Made by a program: the position numbers and the translations under genes. A stretch of DNA of 40,488 bases from a virus (taxonomy: Duplodnaviria > Caudoviricetes): positions 1 to 40,488 of the IMG/VR virus record IMGVR_UViG_3300049170_000065; one strand, written 5' to 3'. Positions 1-8,968 of the stretch are shown piece by piece. Under the pieces are notes generated by a model, which saw only the letters and a list, made by a program, of their open reading frames with translations, was not told where the DNA came from and did not search any database. Position 1 is the stretch's first letter, and each line of letters begins with the position of its first letter.

Positions 1-693
1 GGCGACGGGTGATGCGGGGCGGGAGGTGGCGCGGGCGATGTCGGCGGCGGTGAGGAGCTGGTCGGCGGCGGTGGTGTGGAGCCATTCGCGTTGCTGGGCG
101 ACGTCCCAGGTGGTTCCGCATTCGCGGCAGGTGGCGGTGGGGGTGTCGGGTCGGGTGTAGACGTCGGTGCCGCAGGTGCAGGGGCCGGCGTAGGTGCGTT
201 CGGCGGGCCGGTCGATGACCGCGTGGGCGTGGCGGATGGCGGCGCGGATCTCGTCCACCGCCTGGGGGCCCCATTCGGCGTGGCGGATGAGTTCGGTGGC
301 CTGGGACAGCCACCGGGCCATGGGGGCGAGTTCTCTGGCGGGGCGTCCGTTGCGGCGGATTCGGCGGCAGGTGGCGTGCTGGCATTTGGCGCAGGCGGGC
401 CCGTGAACGCGGCGGGGGTCAGCTTGGTGGATGGTGGTGGCCCAGGCGGCGAGGGTGTCGGTGAGGACCTGCCGGGCGTCTGCGGCGGCGAGGTTGATGG
501 GGAGCGGGGTTTCGGCGGAGCGGGCGCGCGGCCCAGTAACGCTGAACACTGCCTGCTTCGCGGTGGCGGTGTCGAGGTCGTCTCCGAGTCCGCCGTGGGT
601 GATGGTGCGGAGTGCGGCGGTGAGGGCGCCGGTGCAGGTGGTGCAGACGGTGGCGGTGTCGCCGGTGGGCTGGCCGCAGAGCTGGCAGAGCAT
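1..693 (-). CDS. Zn-ribbon phage protein, probable late transcription regulator (runs off window)
   Basis: Not in ORF track; my translation MLCQLCGQPTGDTATVCTTC...HGPACAKCQH...IDRPAERTYAGPCTCGTDVY...ATCRECGTTW; multiple CxxC motifs; sits at the end of the early region. Confidence 0.7.
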   Translation of the reverse strand, partial: MLCQLCGQPTGDTATVCTTCTGALTAALRTITHGGLGDDLDTATAKQAVFSVTGPRARSAETPLPINLAAADARQVLTDTLAAWATTIHQADPRRVHGPACAKCQHATCRRIRRNGRPARELAPMARWLSQATELIRHAEWGPQAVDEIRAAIRHAHAVIDRPAERTYAGPCTCGTDVYTRPDTPTATCRECGTTWDVAQQREWLHTTAADQLLTAADIARATSRPASPVA

Positions 694-806
694 CAGATTT
701 CCCCCCGTAACCGGTTATACTGGGTTTGCGTCGATGCGACGCCAGCGCTTGCGGGGCGCTAAAGGGGATCATTGGGGCCGGTGGGGTGGAAGCCACCGGC
801 CCTTCC

Positions 807-1112
807 TCATGCCCCGGGCGGGGCGCAGATGTAGATGGGCCCGGTCGGCGGGGAGATTCGGTTGAGTGATGCCGCGTCCCAGCTCGCGAACTCGATCGGG
901 CCGTCGATCGTGTCGTCTTCGCCGTAGAGCGCCTCCACTGGGTGCCGTTGGATTGTCAGGTCGCCCCACGCCTCGGTGGCGTCTGGTCCGGGGATGTAAC
1001 CGCCGGACGCGAACTCGGGTGCGTCCGCGTCGGGCGTCCACCGCATGGCGTCGGTGGAGACGGTGTAGTCGGTCAGTGCCGCGTCGATGGCGGCGATGAC
1101 GTGATCAGTCAC
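807..1112 (-). CDS. Hypothetical acidic phage protein (101 aa)
   Basis: GTG with GAGGAGG RBS, overlapping the upstream TGA; MTDHVIAAIDAAL... Confidence 0.65.
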   Translation of the reverse strand: MTDHVIAAIDAALTDYTVSTDAMRWTPDADAPEFASGGYIPGPDATEAWGDLTIQRHPVEALYGEDDTIDGPIEFASWDAASLNRISPPTGPIYICAPPGA

Positions 1113-1729
1113 GGTGTCCTCCTCGGGGTGATGCGGCAGCGGCACCAGGGGTGGATGGGCGGCAGCCCGCGGAACCCGTCCCAGACGCGCATTCCGCGCG
1201 GGGCGGCGAACGTCCGGCCGGGGCCGACGGTGCGGCCGTGCATGGCGGCGCAGAGGACGCAGGCGCGGCCGTCCATGCGGGTGACCCATTCGAGTCGGGC
1301 GCCGATGGCGCGCGCGTACATGAAGGTGCCGCTCGATGCGGCTTGGTGGATTTTGATGACGGCGAGGCGGTGGAGCCGGCGGCGGGTGCGGGCCAGCTCG
1401 TCGGCGCGGTCGTCGGCGGCGTCGAGTCTGCGGGCGGCGTCGAGGAGCAGGGTCTCGACGTCGTCGGGGATCGGACTGGGGAGCGGCTGCGCGGTGAGGC
1501 GCTGCCGGGGTCTCCCGGCGGTGAGGGCGATGGCAGCGCCGACGGCGAGGGCGATCTGGGCGCCGGCCAGGATCGCGGCGGTGATCGCCCCTGCGGCGGC
1601 GAGGAGGGCGGCCCCGGTCGTGGCTCCGGCGAGGATGGCGTCGATCTCGCCGGCGGTGCGTTCCTCTGCGGCAGCCAGCCGGGCGGCAGGTGTGGCCTCC
1701 ACCGGCGCGGGCGGGGCCGGGGTGGTCAC
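1109..1729 (-). CDS. MuF-like (phage head morphogenesis family) protein
   Basis: EWVTRMDGRACVLC...GRTF...PPIHPWCRCRI matches the MuF signature W...D...C..C...PP.HP.CRC. Confidence 0.75.
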   Translation of the reverse strand: MTTPAPPAPVEATPAARLAAAEERTAGEIDAILAGATTGAALLAAAGAITAAILAGAQIALAVGAAIALTAGRPRQRLTAQPLPSPIPDDVETLLLDAARRLDAADDRADELARTRRRLHRLAVIKIHQAASSGTFMYARAIGARLEWVTRMDGRACVLCAAMHGRTVGPGRTFAAPRGMRVWDGFRGLPPIHPWCRCRITPRRTP

Positions 1730-1884
1730 AGCTCCTCCTGCTCGTAGCAGTCTCGGAGGTGGTTTTCGGCGGCGTCGTCGAGGTCGGCGAGGGCCATGCC
1801 GTGGAGTTCGGTGATGGTGGTGCCGCAGGTTTCGTGTACGAGGTGGTCGCCGTCGACGCGGATGCTGGCGGTGATGGCGGGCAC
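1726..1884 (-). CDS. Hypothetical 52 aa protein
   Basis: Not in track; MPAITASIRVDGDHLVHETCG...HLRDCYEQEEL; GAGGAGG RBS; stop overlaps MuF start. Confidence 0.6.
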   Translation of the reverse strand: MPAITASIRVDGDHLVHETCGTTITELHGMALADLDDAAENHLRDCYEQEEL

Positions 1885-2026
1885 TAGTCCTCCTCGGGGT
1901 GCTTGTTCATGTTTTGCCTCTGTGTTGACCTCTGCGTGACTGAGGGGTCGTTCTGATGTCCTTGCATGGGTTGGGCCGTGCGGGGCGCCCGTGGTCCACT
2001 GTGGGGCCGCACAGGCGCCTTGTGGG

Positions 2027-2323
2027 TCAACCGTCGGCGCCGATCTCCCGGAGCAGCCCTTCGTGGGCGTAGTCCGGGATGCCCGGCTGGTCCGCGACGA
2101 GCTGGAGGACAGCGGCCCGAGCAGCGTCGGCTGCCTGGTGCTCGCGGGCGGCCATCCACCGGGACCCGAGGACCATGTGCGCGATCTCGTCGGCGTCGTC
2201 GAGAGTGAGGCCCTGGTGGGCGGCGGACCACAGGACGTGGACGAGGGCGGTGTGGTCGGACTCCCAGTCCTTGAACGGGGGGCGGGTGCCGTGCTGGAGG
2301 GTGTCGGGGTCGGGTCGAGTCAC
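2027..2323 (-). CDS. Hypothetical phage protein
   Basis: GTG overlapping the upstream stop, GGAGG RBS. Confidence 0.6.
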   Translation of the reverse strand: MTRPDPDTLQHGTRPPFKDWESDHTALVHVLWSAAHQGLTLDDADEIAHMVLGSRWMAAREHQAADAARAAVLQLVADQPGIPDYAHEGLLREIGADG

Positions 2324-2889
2324 GCCACACCTCCTGCGATCTCGCGGGCGCGCGCCAGAGCGGCGTCCCGGTCGGGGTGGGTCTCCCACGTCTCGCGGAT
2401 GCGGCGCCCATCGAAGTCGCAGCGGTGCGTGGACCACTGCCGGGAGTCCAAGGCGGGGTCTTTGCGGACCTCGACGAACCCGAGGCCGGCCGGGATGCTG
2501 AACCGGGTCGCCGCGTCCAGGTCGGCGCGGAGCCGGGCGTTCTCGGCCGCCAGCTCGTCCACCCGATCGGCCGGGATGTACCGTTCCACGAACGCGACCG
2601 CTGCGGCCGCCCCTGCGGCACTCACCGACGGGTAGAAGTCCGCGACCCCGTCCAGGCCGGTGTCGGGCGCCAACCCGGCGATGGTGGTGGCGAGGACCCG
2701 GGTGCCGCCGACGCACGCCTGCCCGGCCATGCGGTTGGGGGCGAACCACACGGCGGCGGCGAGGTCCTCCATGAGGCGGGCGGCGACGGCGAACTCGTCG
2801 GTGGCCTCGTCGCGGAGCCGCGCAAGCTCGGGCCCGACCACGGCCATGACCGCGTCGGCGATGCGGGCGCGCAGCCCATCAGTGCTCAT
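2320..2889 (-). CDS. Phage protein with DUF433-like domain
   Basis: PNRMAGQACVGGTRVLATTIAGL...GVADFYPSVS resembles DUF433 (G.PCI.GTRI.V...YP.L). Confidence 0.6.
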   Translation of the reverse strand: MSTDGLRARIADAVMAVVGPELARLRDEATDEFAVAARLMEDLAAAVWFAPNRMAGQACVGGTRVLATTIAGLAPDTGLDGVADFYPSVSAAGAAAAVAFVERYIPADRVDELAAENARLRADLDAATRFSIPAGLGFVEVRKDPALDSRQWSTHRCDFDGRRIRETWETHPDRDAALARAREIAGGVA

Positions 2890-3101
2890 CGGGGGTCCTC
2901 CGTCAGCAGCACGCGTGCGACCGCGAACGCCTGCGGTTCGGATGCCTCGTGCCAGTCGGGCAGCGCCGTCGCGTCGAGCTGGGCGGCGACCGCCCGCAAC
3001 CAGGCGGCGACCGCAGCCCACCGGGGGTCGGGGTCGGCAGCGGCCACAACAGCGGCGCGGCGCAGCACGTCGTCTCGGGGCGGGCGCTTCCTGCGGGTCA
3101 T
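2886..3101 (-). CDS. Hypothetical phage protein (71 aa)
   Basis: ATGA-coupled on both sides. Confidence 0.6.
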   Translation of the reverse strand: MTRRKRPPRDDVLRRAAVVAAADPDPRWAAVAAWLRAVAAQLDATALPDWHEASEPQAFAVARVLLTEDPR

Positions 3102-3268
3102 CGGGCACCCCCGGTCGCGTCGAGCGCGCCGTTGTACCAGGCGCTGATCCGATCGACCTCGTCCTCCACACCGGGCATGACCTCGGCGGTGTTCAGCAGC
3201 GTCAGCAGATCGGGCAGCAGGTCGGCGGGGAACGGGGTGGCCGTCTCGGGTTCGGTGGGAGCAGACAT
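3098..3268 (-). CDS. Hypothetical phage protein (56 aa)
   Basis: AGGAGG RBS, MSAPTEPET... Confidence 0.55.
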   Translation of the reverse strand: MSAPTEPETATPFPADLLPDLLTLLNTAEVMPGVEDEVDRISAWYNGALDATGGAR

Positions 3269-3348
3269 CGGGTCCTCCTGGTGGTGGTGGTTAGGGTGGG
3301 GGTGGGCGACCCGCCTGTCGGTAGCAGGCGGGGCGCCCTTCGCGTGGG

Positions 3349-4626
3349 TCACGCGTGATGCGGAACGACAGTCGGGTTGAACCCCGCCGGCGGCGCCTGA
3401 ACCCACGGCCACCGGCCCCCCGACTCCAACTCCTCCGGCCACTCCCGCTCATCACGGTCACCACGCCACGGCACCAGCTCCACACGCCGGCCCCCGTACA
3501 CCGCCGGGTGATCCGAAGTCCGCACCCCGTAGCCGAACTCCGGCCACCCCATCAGCGATGCCGACCCGCGGGGGCGCAGGTCCCGCTTCCCACCGGTCCC
3601 CACCGCGTGCCCGGCGTGCGCCTCCATCAGCAGCGCCACCCCGCGCTCCCGCACCAGGTTCAGGGCCGCCAGCACCGGGGCGGTGTCGTCGTCGGTCTGC
3701 AACGCCCGCGGCACCAACTGGTACAGCGGCCCGATCACGAGCACGTCCGGGCGGATCAGCGCGATGCGCTTCAGCAGCCACGACACGGCCCGATCCTTGG
3801 ACAGGTCCATCGACCCGATGCCCGGCTCGATCCACAGCTTGTCCTCGGCGATCGGGAACCCCTGCAACCGGGCCTGCGCCACCATCGGCCGCATCTTGCG
3901 GCGGGTCTGGGTGTCGGAGTTCTCCGCGTCCACGATCAGCACCCGCTTCGGCGGGATCGGGGTGTGCTTAAACGGGTGGACCCCCGCGGCGATGCACACC
4001 GCGATCTGCCGCAGCAGCATCGACTTGCCGAGCCCCTCCATGCCGGTGAGCATGAGCCGGTCGCCGCGCTCCAGGAGGTCGGGGACGATCCAGTCGTAGG
4101 ACTCGTCTTCGACGGCGAGGAACTCCTCGATGGTCTGGGTGGGGATCTCCTCGCCGGACTCGAAGTCGCGGACCGCCTCCAGCTCCTCGATGGCGCGCTG
4201 CACAACCCCGGCGACCTCGGTGACGGTGTCGTCGGCCTCGATCTCGTAGCCGATCTGGGCGGTGGCCAGGCCGGCGGCGATGAGGCGTCGGCGGACGGCG
4301 AGGGCGCGGACCTTGTCGGCGAAGTAGGGGCCGTTGGCGGGGGTGGGGACGAACTCGACGAGGCTGTACAGGTAGGGCAGGCCGCCCATCTGCCGCACCT
4401 CGACGTTGTTGACGATGTACTCGGCGACGAACGCGGCGTCGGCGGACCCGTGCTCGGTCCGGGACTTGAGGATGGCGTCGTAGATGATCTGGTGGGCGGG
4501 CCGGTAGAAGTCGCCGGCGGTGACGATGCGGGAGACGCGTTCGGCGGCGTGTTCGGAGAGCATCATCGAGCCGAGGGCGATGGTTTCGGCGTCGATGTCG
4601 TGGGGTGGGACGCGGTGGTCGGTCAT
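3349..4626 (-). CDS. DnaB-like replicative helicase (DnaB N-terminal domain plus RecA/AAA_25 ATPase)
   Basis: PPHDIDAE...DFYRPAHQIIYDAI; Walker A GMEGLGKS; LRPRGSASL motif; coupled to the initiator gene. Confidence 0.88.
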   Translation of the reverse strand: MTDHRVPPHDIDAETIALGSMMLSEHAAERVSRIVTAGDFYRPAHQIIYDAILKSRTEHGSADAAFVAEYIVNNVEVRQMGGLPYLYSLVEFVPTPANGPYFADKVRALAVRRRLIAAGLATAQIGYEIEADDTVTEVAGVVQRAIEELEAVRDFESGEEIPTQTIEEFLAVEDESYDWIVPDLLERGDRLMLTGMEGLGKSMLLRQIAVCIAAGVHPFKHTPIPPKRVLIVDAENSDTQTRRKMRPMVAQARLQGFPIAEDKLWIEPGIGSMDLSKDRAVSWLLKRIALIRPDVLVIGPLYQLVPRALQTDDDTAPVLAALNLVRERGVALLMEAHAGHAVGTGGKRDLRPRGSASLMGWPEFGYGVRTSDHPAVYGGRRVELVPWRGDRDEREWPEELESGGRWPWVQAPPAGFNPTVVPHHA

Positions 4627-5444
4627 CGGCGGTTCATCCATTCGTTGCGGATTCCGGTGTGGACCTGTCCTCCGGGGAGGGCGCGAAGGTGGCCGCCGCG
4701 CTGGGAGGTCCACTGCTGCTGCTTGTTCATCCAGGTGCGCCAGGCGGCGGTCCAGTCCTTGAAGGTGGTGCCTTTGGCGCGGTGGTGGTCGAGGAAGATT
4801 TCGGTCTGGGCGTCGATGTCGACGAGGGGCGTTCGGGTGCGGGCCCACTGGCGGAGGGTGTCGGTGATGGGGAAGGTTTCGGGGGCGGAGGTGGCGCGCT
4901 TGGCGGCCTTGGGTGGGGTTGCGGGTTGCTCGAAGAGCACGTCGGGGTCGGGGGCGTCGCCCCCATGAGGAGATTGAGGAGACTGAGGAGGAGGGTCTGC
5001 CTCTCGTCCGACCTTTGCGGACCCTCGTCCGACCTTTGCGCCCTCTCGTCCGGGCTTTGCGTCCTCGAAGGTCTGCTTCTCGTCCGGGCTTTGGTCGCTA
5101 AGGTCGGACTCCCATCCGGGCTTTAGCTGCAGGTACTCCCGCTCCGGGAACACCGGGATGAGATACGTCGTGCGGTTGCCCTTCGCCGCGTACACCGGCT
5201 TGCCCGACTTGGACTTCCCGATCGGCACCCGGATCTCGAACCCCGCCTTGGCCAGGCGCCGCAGCGCCTTGCCGACCGTGTCCGGCTGCATGCCCGCCCG
5301 GTGCGCCAGCAGGGGCATGCCGAGGTAGCTCTTGCGGGTGCGCTCGTTGGCGTCATCGGCGATGACGGCCAGCACCAGGCGCGCCGCCGGGTCGAGGTCG
5401 TCCGGCGCGTGGTTGAGCACGTGGCGGTAGAGCTCGTAGCCCAT
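4623..5444 (-). CDS. Phage replication initiator (lambda O-like organisation, N-terminal HTH)
   Basis: ARLVLAVIADDAN...LAHRAGM..TVGKALRRL; internal tandem repeats; C-terminal F.DHHRAKG..FKDWTAAWRTW; directly upstream of helicase. Confidence 0.8.
   Translation of the reverse strand: MGYELYRHVLNHAPDDLDPAARLVLAVIADDANERTRKSYLGMPLLAHRAGMQPDTVGKALRRLAKAGFEIRVPIGKSKSGKPVYAAKGNRTTYLIPVFPEREYLQLKPGWESDLSDQSPDEKQTFEDAKPGREGAKVGRGSAKVGREADPPPQSPQSPHGGDAPDPDVLFEQPATPPKAAKRATSAPETFPITDTLRQWARTRTPLVDIDAQTEIFLDHHRAKGTTFKDWTAAWRTWMNKQQQWTSQRGGHLRALPGGQVHTGIRNEWMNRR
5003..5127. repeat. Iterons / putative origin within initiator gene
   Basis: CTCGTCCGACCTTTGCG at 5003 and 5024, CTCGTCCGGGCTTTGCG at 5045 (21 bp period); further copies at 5079 and about 5111. 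Confidence 0.8.
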
Positions 5445-5588
5445 CAGCGGCCCCCTCTCCGGCGTTGGTGCGAGCACGCGGGCGCGTGGTCGGCGTCGAC
5501 CATGTAGCGCACCCCCATCGATCCCCCTGGTTGGTAGTTGCGGTCGGTTCAGGGCTGGCGCGGCCGGGGCAGGGGCCGCGCCAGCGGG

Positions 5589-5798
5589 TCAGTCCTTGAT
5601 GTCCCAGCCGGCCCACCACTCCTGGCCGCAGTCGTGGCGGTAGCGGGCGACGAGGCCGCCGCGGGGCGACGGTTCGAGCTGGTACGGGGTGGCGACGTAG
5701 TAGGTGGGGTCGGCGGTGACGGGGCGGCAGTGGTCGCAGCCGTCGGTGTAGTCGGCGGGGTCGAGTACGCGGCCGGTGATGGTGGTGGCGGGTTTCAT
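5589..5798 (-). CDS. Small Cys/His-containing phage protein
   Basis: CDHC...RYRHDCGQEWW; ATGA overlap. Confidence 0.6.
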   Translation of the reverse strand: MKPATTITGRVLDPADYTDGCDHCRPVTADPTYYVATPYQLEPSPRGGLVARYRHDCGQEWWAGWDIKD

Positions 5799-6598
5799 GC
5801 CAGGGCCTCCTGTCGGGGTCCGGGTGCTGGGACGATGGGCCAGTCGCCGGGGATGACGGCGTTGGGGTCGTGCTTGTCGCCGGCCTTGGCGCTGCGGAAG
5901 TACTCCTGGAGCGATGCGCACTGCCGCGCCCGCCAGACGGTCTGCCAGGCGTGGAGCTGGGCGAGGGTGGCGCCGCCGATGCGCGGGTCCTTGCGGGCGA
6001 TGGCGATGGCGACGCGGGCGGCCATGAGGCAGTCGTAGAGGGCGCCGTGGCCCTGCTCGTCGTCCCAGGTGATGCCCCACGCCGCGGGCAGGAGGGCTTG
6101 GACGCAGGTCTTGAGGACGTGCGCGCCCTGCTCCGGGCTGACCCTCTTGCGGTAGGGGTCGATCGCCTTGGACAGGACGAGGGTGTCGATGACGGGGGCG
6201 ACCTCGCGGCCGATGACGCCGGTGAGGGTCTCGTTGAGGTGGCGGCGGCACTCGGCGTCGAGGACCGTCAAGTCGTAGCTGATGTTGTGGCCGACGAGGG
6301 GCTCCCCCGCGACGAGTGAGCCACCGATGGCCAGAGCGATCGCGGCGGTCGCCTCGCCAGCGTCGACCCCTTCGGCGCGGGCCTGCTCGTTGGTGATGCC
6401 GTGGACGTCGATGGCGCCCTGCGGGATCTCTACGCCGGGGTCGACGATCTGCTGGGTGGTGTCGGGGGCCTGTCCGCCGCCGAGGTGGGCGAGGGCGTAC
6501 TGGACGATGCGGGCCTGGTGCGGGTTGGGGGCTGTGGTCTCTAGGTCAAAGGCACAGAGGCGCAGTTGGTGCCACGGGGGCTGGGTGGGTTCGGCCAC
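5795..6598 (-). CDS. DnaQ/DEDDh 3'-5' exonuclease
   Basis: FDLETT, GHNISYDL, HGALYDC motifs; GAAGGAGG RBS before GTG. Confidence 0.88.
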   Translation of the reverse strand: MAEPTQPPWHQLRLCAFDLETTAPNPHQARIVQYALAHLGGGQAPDTTQQIVDPGVEIPQGAIDVHGITNEQARAEGVDAGEATAAIALAIGGSLVAGEPLVGHNISYDLTVLDAECRRHLNETLTGVIGREVAPVIDTLVLSKAIDPYRKRVSPEQGAHVLKTCVQALLPAAWGITWDDEQGHGALYDCLMAARVAIAIARKDPRIGGATLAQLHAWQTVWRARQCASLQEYFRSAKAGDKHDPNAVIPGDWPIVPAPGPRQEALA

Positions 6599-6708
6599 CT
6601 GTCCTCCTTCGGTCGGTCGGGTCTGGTGCTGGTCCCGCCTCCGGTCGTGATCCGGTGCGGCCCTAGGTGCGGGTGTGGCCCTAGGCCGGGCGGGTGTCGT
6701 GCGGGCGG

Positions 6709-7086
6709 TTAGGGCCAGTCGTCGGTGTCGGCGTCGTTGGGGGTGTAGGCGCGGGCGTGGTCGGTGCAGTCGGTGCAGAAGTGGGCGACGCCGCGTCGGG
6801 TCCACCCGGACTGTTCGGCGCTCTGATCGGCCTGGTCCTGGGTGTCGTGGTGTTCGGGTCCCTGGGCGTTGGAGTGGAGGCGGCCGCAGTAGGCGCAGGA
6901 GAGGGTGGCGCAGGGGGTGGGGAGCTGGGCGGGTTCGATGTGCTGTCCGGCGGCGTGTGCGTGTCCGGCCGCTTGGGTGGCTTCCTCGTGGGTGGCGAAG
7001 TGGGGGGCGCCGTAGTCGAGCTCGTAGGGCTGGCCCTTGGTGGGGCCGTCGGTGTGGATGAGGTGCCAGCAGGCGGTGGTGGCCAT
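6709..7086 (-). CDS. Cys-rich hypothetical phage protein
   Basis: CAYC...GW......HFCTDC; GGAG RBS. Confidence 0.6.
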   Translation of the reverse strand: MATTACWHLIHTDGPTKGQPYELDYGAPHFATHEEATQAAGHAHAAGQHIEPAQLPTPCATLSCAYCGRLHSNAQGPEHHDTQDQADQSAEQSGWTRRGVAHFCTDCTDHARAYTPNDADTDDWP

Positions 7087-7095
7087 GGGGGTCTC

Positions 7096-7254
7096 CTAGT
7101 GGTCGGTGTCGGCGGTGAGCGGGGTGGTGTCGGGGGTGAGCGGACCCCACTTGTTCTCGACTTCGTCGCGGGTGCGGGCCTGGCCGCCGTCGTCGGGTTG
7201 GAGGAGGACGATTTCTGTCCAGGTGTCGCCGTCGCGGTCGGTGTAGCGGGCCAT
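7096..7254 (-). CDS. Small phage protein (DRDGDTW...WGPLT type)
   Basis: Motif recurrent in actinophage early proteins; coupled start. Confidence 0.6.
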   Translation of the reverse strand: MARYTDRDGDTWTEIVLLQPDDGGQARTRDEVENKWGPLTPDTTPLTADTDH

Positions 7255-7796
7255 CAGGACTCCTCGGTGGTGGCCGGGGCGGGTGCGAGGGGGAGGTCGC
7301 GGATGTACTGGATGGCGAGGGTTGACCAGGTGGACACGACTTCCTCTTCGACGACCTCGATGGCGCGGGTGCGCATGTCCTCGGCGCCTCGGGAGTAGGC
7401 GGCGGCGGACTCCTCGGTGACTCGCTGGAGTTCGGCTTCGGCTGCGTCGGCGCGGGCCCGGTGCTTTTCCAGGGCGGCGCACGCGGCGTCGTAGGCGTGC
7501 TGGGTGGGGTAGGGCTGGGTGTCGTGGGCTACCGCGAGGTCGCGCTCCTCGGTGACCCGAGCCAGCTCGGATCGGAGCCGGTCGACCTCGGCGAGGAGCA
7601 CGGCGATGTCCTGGCGGGCGTTGATCAGGAAGTGGCCCACGGACCCGGCCCAGTCGGGCAGGACGGCGATGCGGTCGTCGTCGCCGGTGCGGATTTCGAT
7701 GGTGTCGTCGGCGGCGCGGTGGTCGGTCCACGGACCGGCGAGGTGCGCGATGTCGTTGCGGCGTTCGCGGATGTTGTTGAGGTCGAAGTCGGTCAT
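7254..7796 (-). CDS. Ead/Ea22-like coiled-coil phage protein
   Basis: GPW...FLINARQDIAVLLAEVDRLR pattern. Confidence 0.55.
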   Translation of the reverse strand: MTDFDLNNIRERRNDIAHLAGPWTDHRAADDTIEIRTGDDDRIAVLPDWAGSVGHFLINARQDIAVLLAEVDRLRSELARVTEERDLAVAHDTQPYPTQHAYDAACAALEKHRARADAAEAELQRVTEESAAAYSRGAEDMRTRAIEVVEEEVVSTWSTLAIQYIRDLPLAPAPATTEES

Positions 7797-8248
7797 CAGG
7801 ACTCCTCGGGTGCGATCATGCGGTCGGCGGCGCGGAGTACGGCTACGGCCTCGCCGACGAACTGGCGGAAGTCCTCCAGGTCGGGGAAGTACGCGGCGCC
7901 GACCTCGGCGGTCTCGTTGCTGTGGAAGACGACCCGGCCGGCGTACATGCGCTCGTCCTCGACCGTCACCTCCACCTGGGGGATGTCCACGGGGGCGTCG
8001 AACTCGGGGCGCTTGACGATGTCGCGGTGGCGGGCGACGGCGTCCTCCAGCTCGGTGATGGGCTGCGCGTTGTCGTCCCATTCGGGGTGCGCGAAGTCGA
8101 GGTGGACGCGAACCTCAGCCTCGGCGGCCTCAGGGGTGGGGTGCTCGGCGGTCTCCACGTAGCACCGGAAGCAGGCGTACCAGTAGGTGGCCTGTCCACC
8201 GAGAGAGATGGTGGTGAGCGAGACCCAGTCGGGGAGCTTGTTGGTCAC
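7796..8248 (-). CDS. Hypothetical protein with C2H2-like motif
   Basis: CFRC...HLDFAH; GGAGG RBS before GTG. Confidence 0.55.
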   Translation of the reverse strand: MTNKLPDWVSLTTISLGGQATYWYACFRCYVETAEHPTPEAAEAEVRVHLDFAHPEWDDNAQPITELEDAVARHRDIVKRPEFDAPVDIPQVEVTVEDERMYAGRVVFHSNETAEVGAAYFPDLEDFRQFVGEAVAVLRAADRMIAPEES

Positions 8249-8315
8249 GGGTTCCTCCGTTGTGGTTGGGTTGGGGTGGCGCACCGGCCTGGCTGCGACG
8301 GGCCGGTGCGCCCCG

Positions 8316-8549
8316 TCATGCGGTGGCCTTGGCGGCGCGTCGTGCGCGTCGTGCGTCCCGATCCAGTTCCCGCAGCCGCAGGAGTTCGGTCATGCAGTCG
8401 GGGCAGGTGACGTCGCCGAGGTACTTCGTCCACGTGTCGTGGTCGCCCCAGTCCTGTCGGCACGCCAGCTCGATCACGGGCTCGACCCGGATCGCGTGGA
8501 CCAGCACCCGTTCGGCCGTCACCCCGGGAAGGGTCGGCTGCTCGGTCAC
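8316..8549 (-). CDS. Small Zn-binding phage protein
   Basis: VH...AC...VTCPDC; GTGA overlap. Confidence 0.55.
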   Translation of the reverse strand: MTEQPTLPGVTAERVLVHAIRVEPVIELACRQDWGDHDTWTKYLGDVTCPDCMTELLRLRELDRDARRARRAAKATA

Positions 8550-8968
8550 TGGGCACCCCCGGCGAACGCGTCGACCCGGCGCCGCACCTCGCGTGCGCAC
8601 TCCTTGCAGTTGGCGTCCTCGACCCGGTTGACCAGGTGTGCGACCTCGCCGGCCGTCCCGCAGACGGGCCTCAGCGACGGCAGGTGCACGACGTGGACGG
8701 CGACCTCGCGGCGGTACCGCTCCAACCGCTCCTTCGCCTTGTCGCGGATCGCCGCGTCCAGGTCGATGCGCAGCCGGTTCGCAATGCCCTGGGTGACGAT
8801 GGCGGCGTCGGCGAGTTCCTGCGCGATCGCCTCGATGTCGCCCTTGCCGACCGCCTTGGCGACCTCGCCGGTCTCCTCGGTGAGCTTCATCAGCATCACG
8901 GGGAGGGGCTGCCGGTTGAGGCGCATCTCGATGAACAGGTCCGACACGAGGTCTTCGATCGTCATCAC
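8546..8968 (-). CDS. MazG-like nucleotide pyrophosphohydrolase with C-terminal Zn module
   Basis: KLTEETGEVAKAV...ELADAAIV motif. Confidence 0.82.
   Translation of the reverse strand: MMTIEDLVSDLFIEMRLNRQPLPVMLMKLTEETGEVAKAVGKGDIEAIAQELADAAIVTQGIANRLRIDLDAAIRDKAKERLERYRREVAVHVVHLPSLRPVCGTAGEVAHLVNRVEDANCKECAREVRRRVDAFAGGAQ

Noticed and set aside
76-762. Long ORFs antisense to real genes (76..762, 3355..4968, 13560..15227, 25332..27698, 33235..34746 and others)
   Set aside because: High-GC shadow frames with no motifs or RBS; the opposite strand carries recognisable genes
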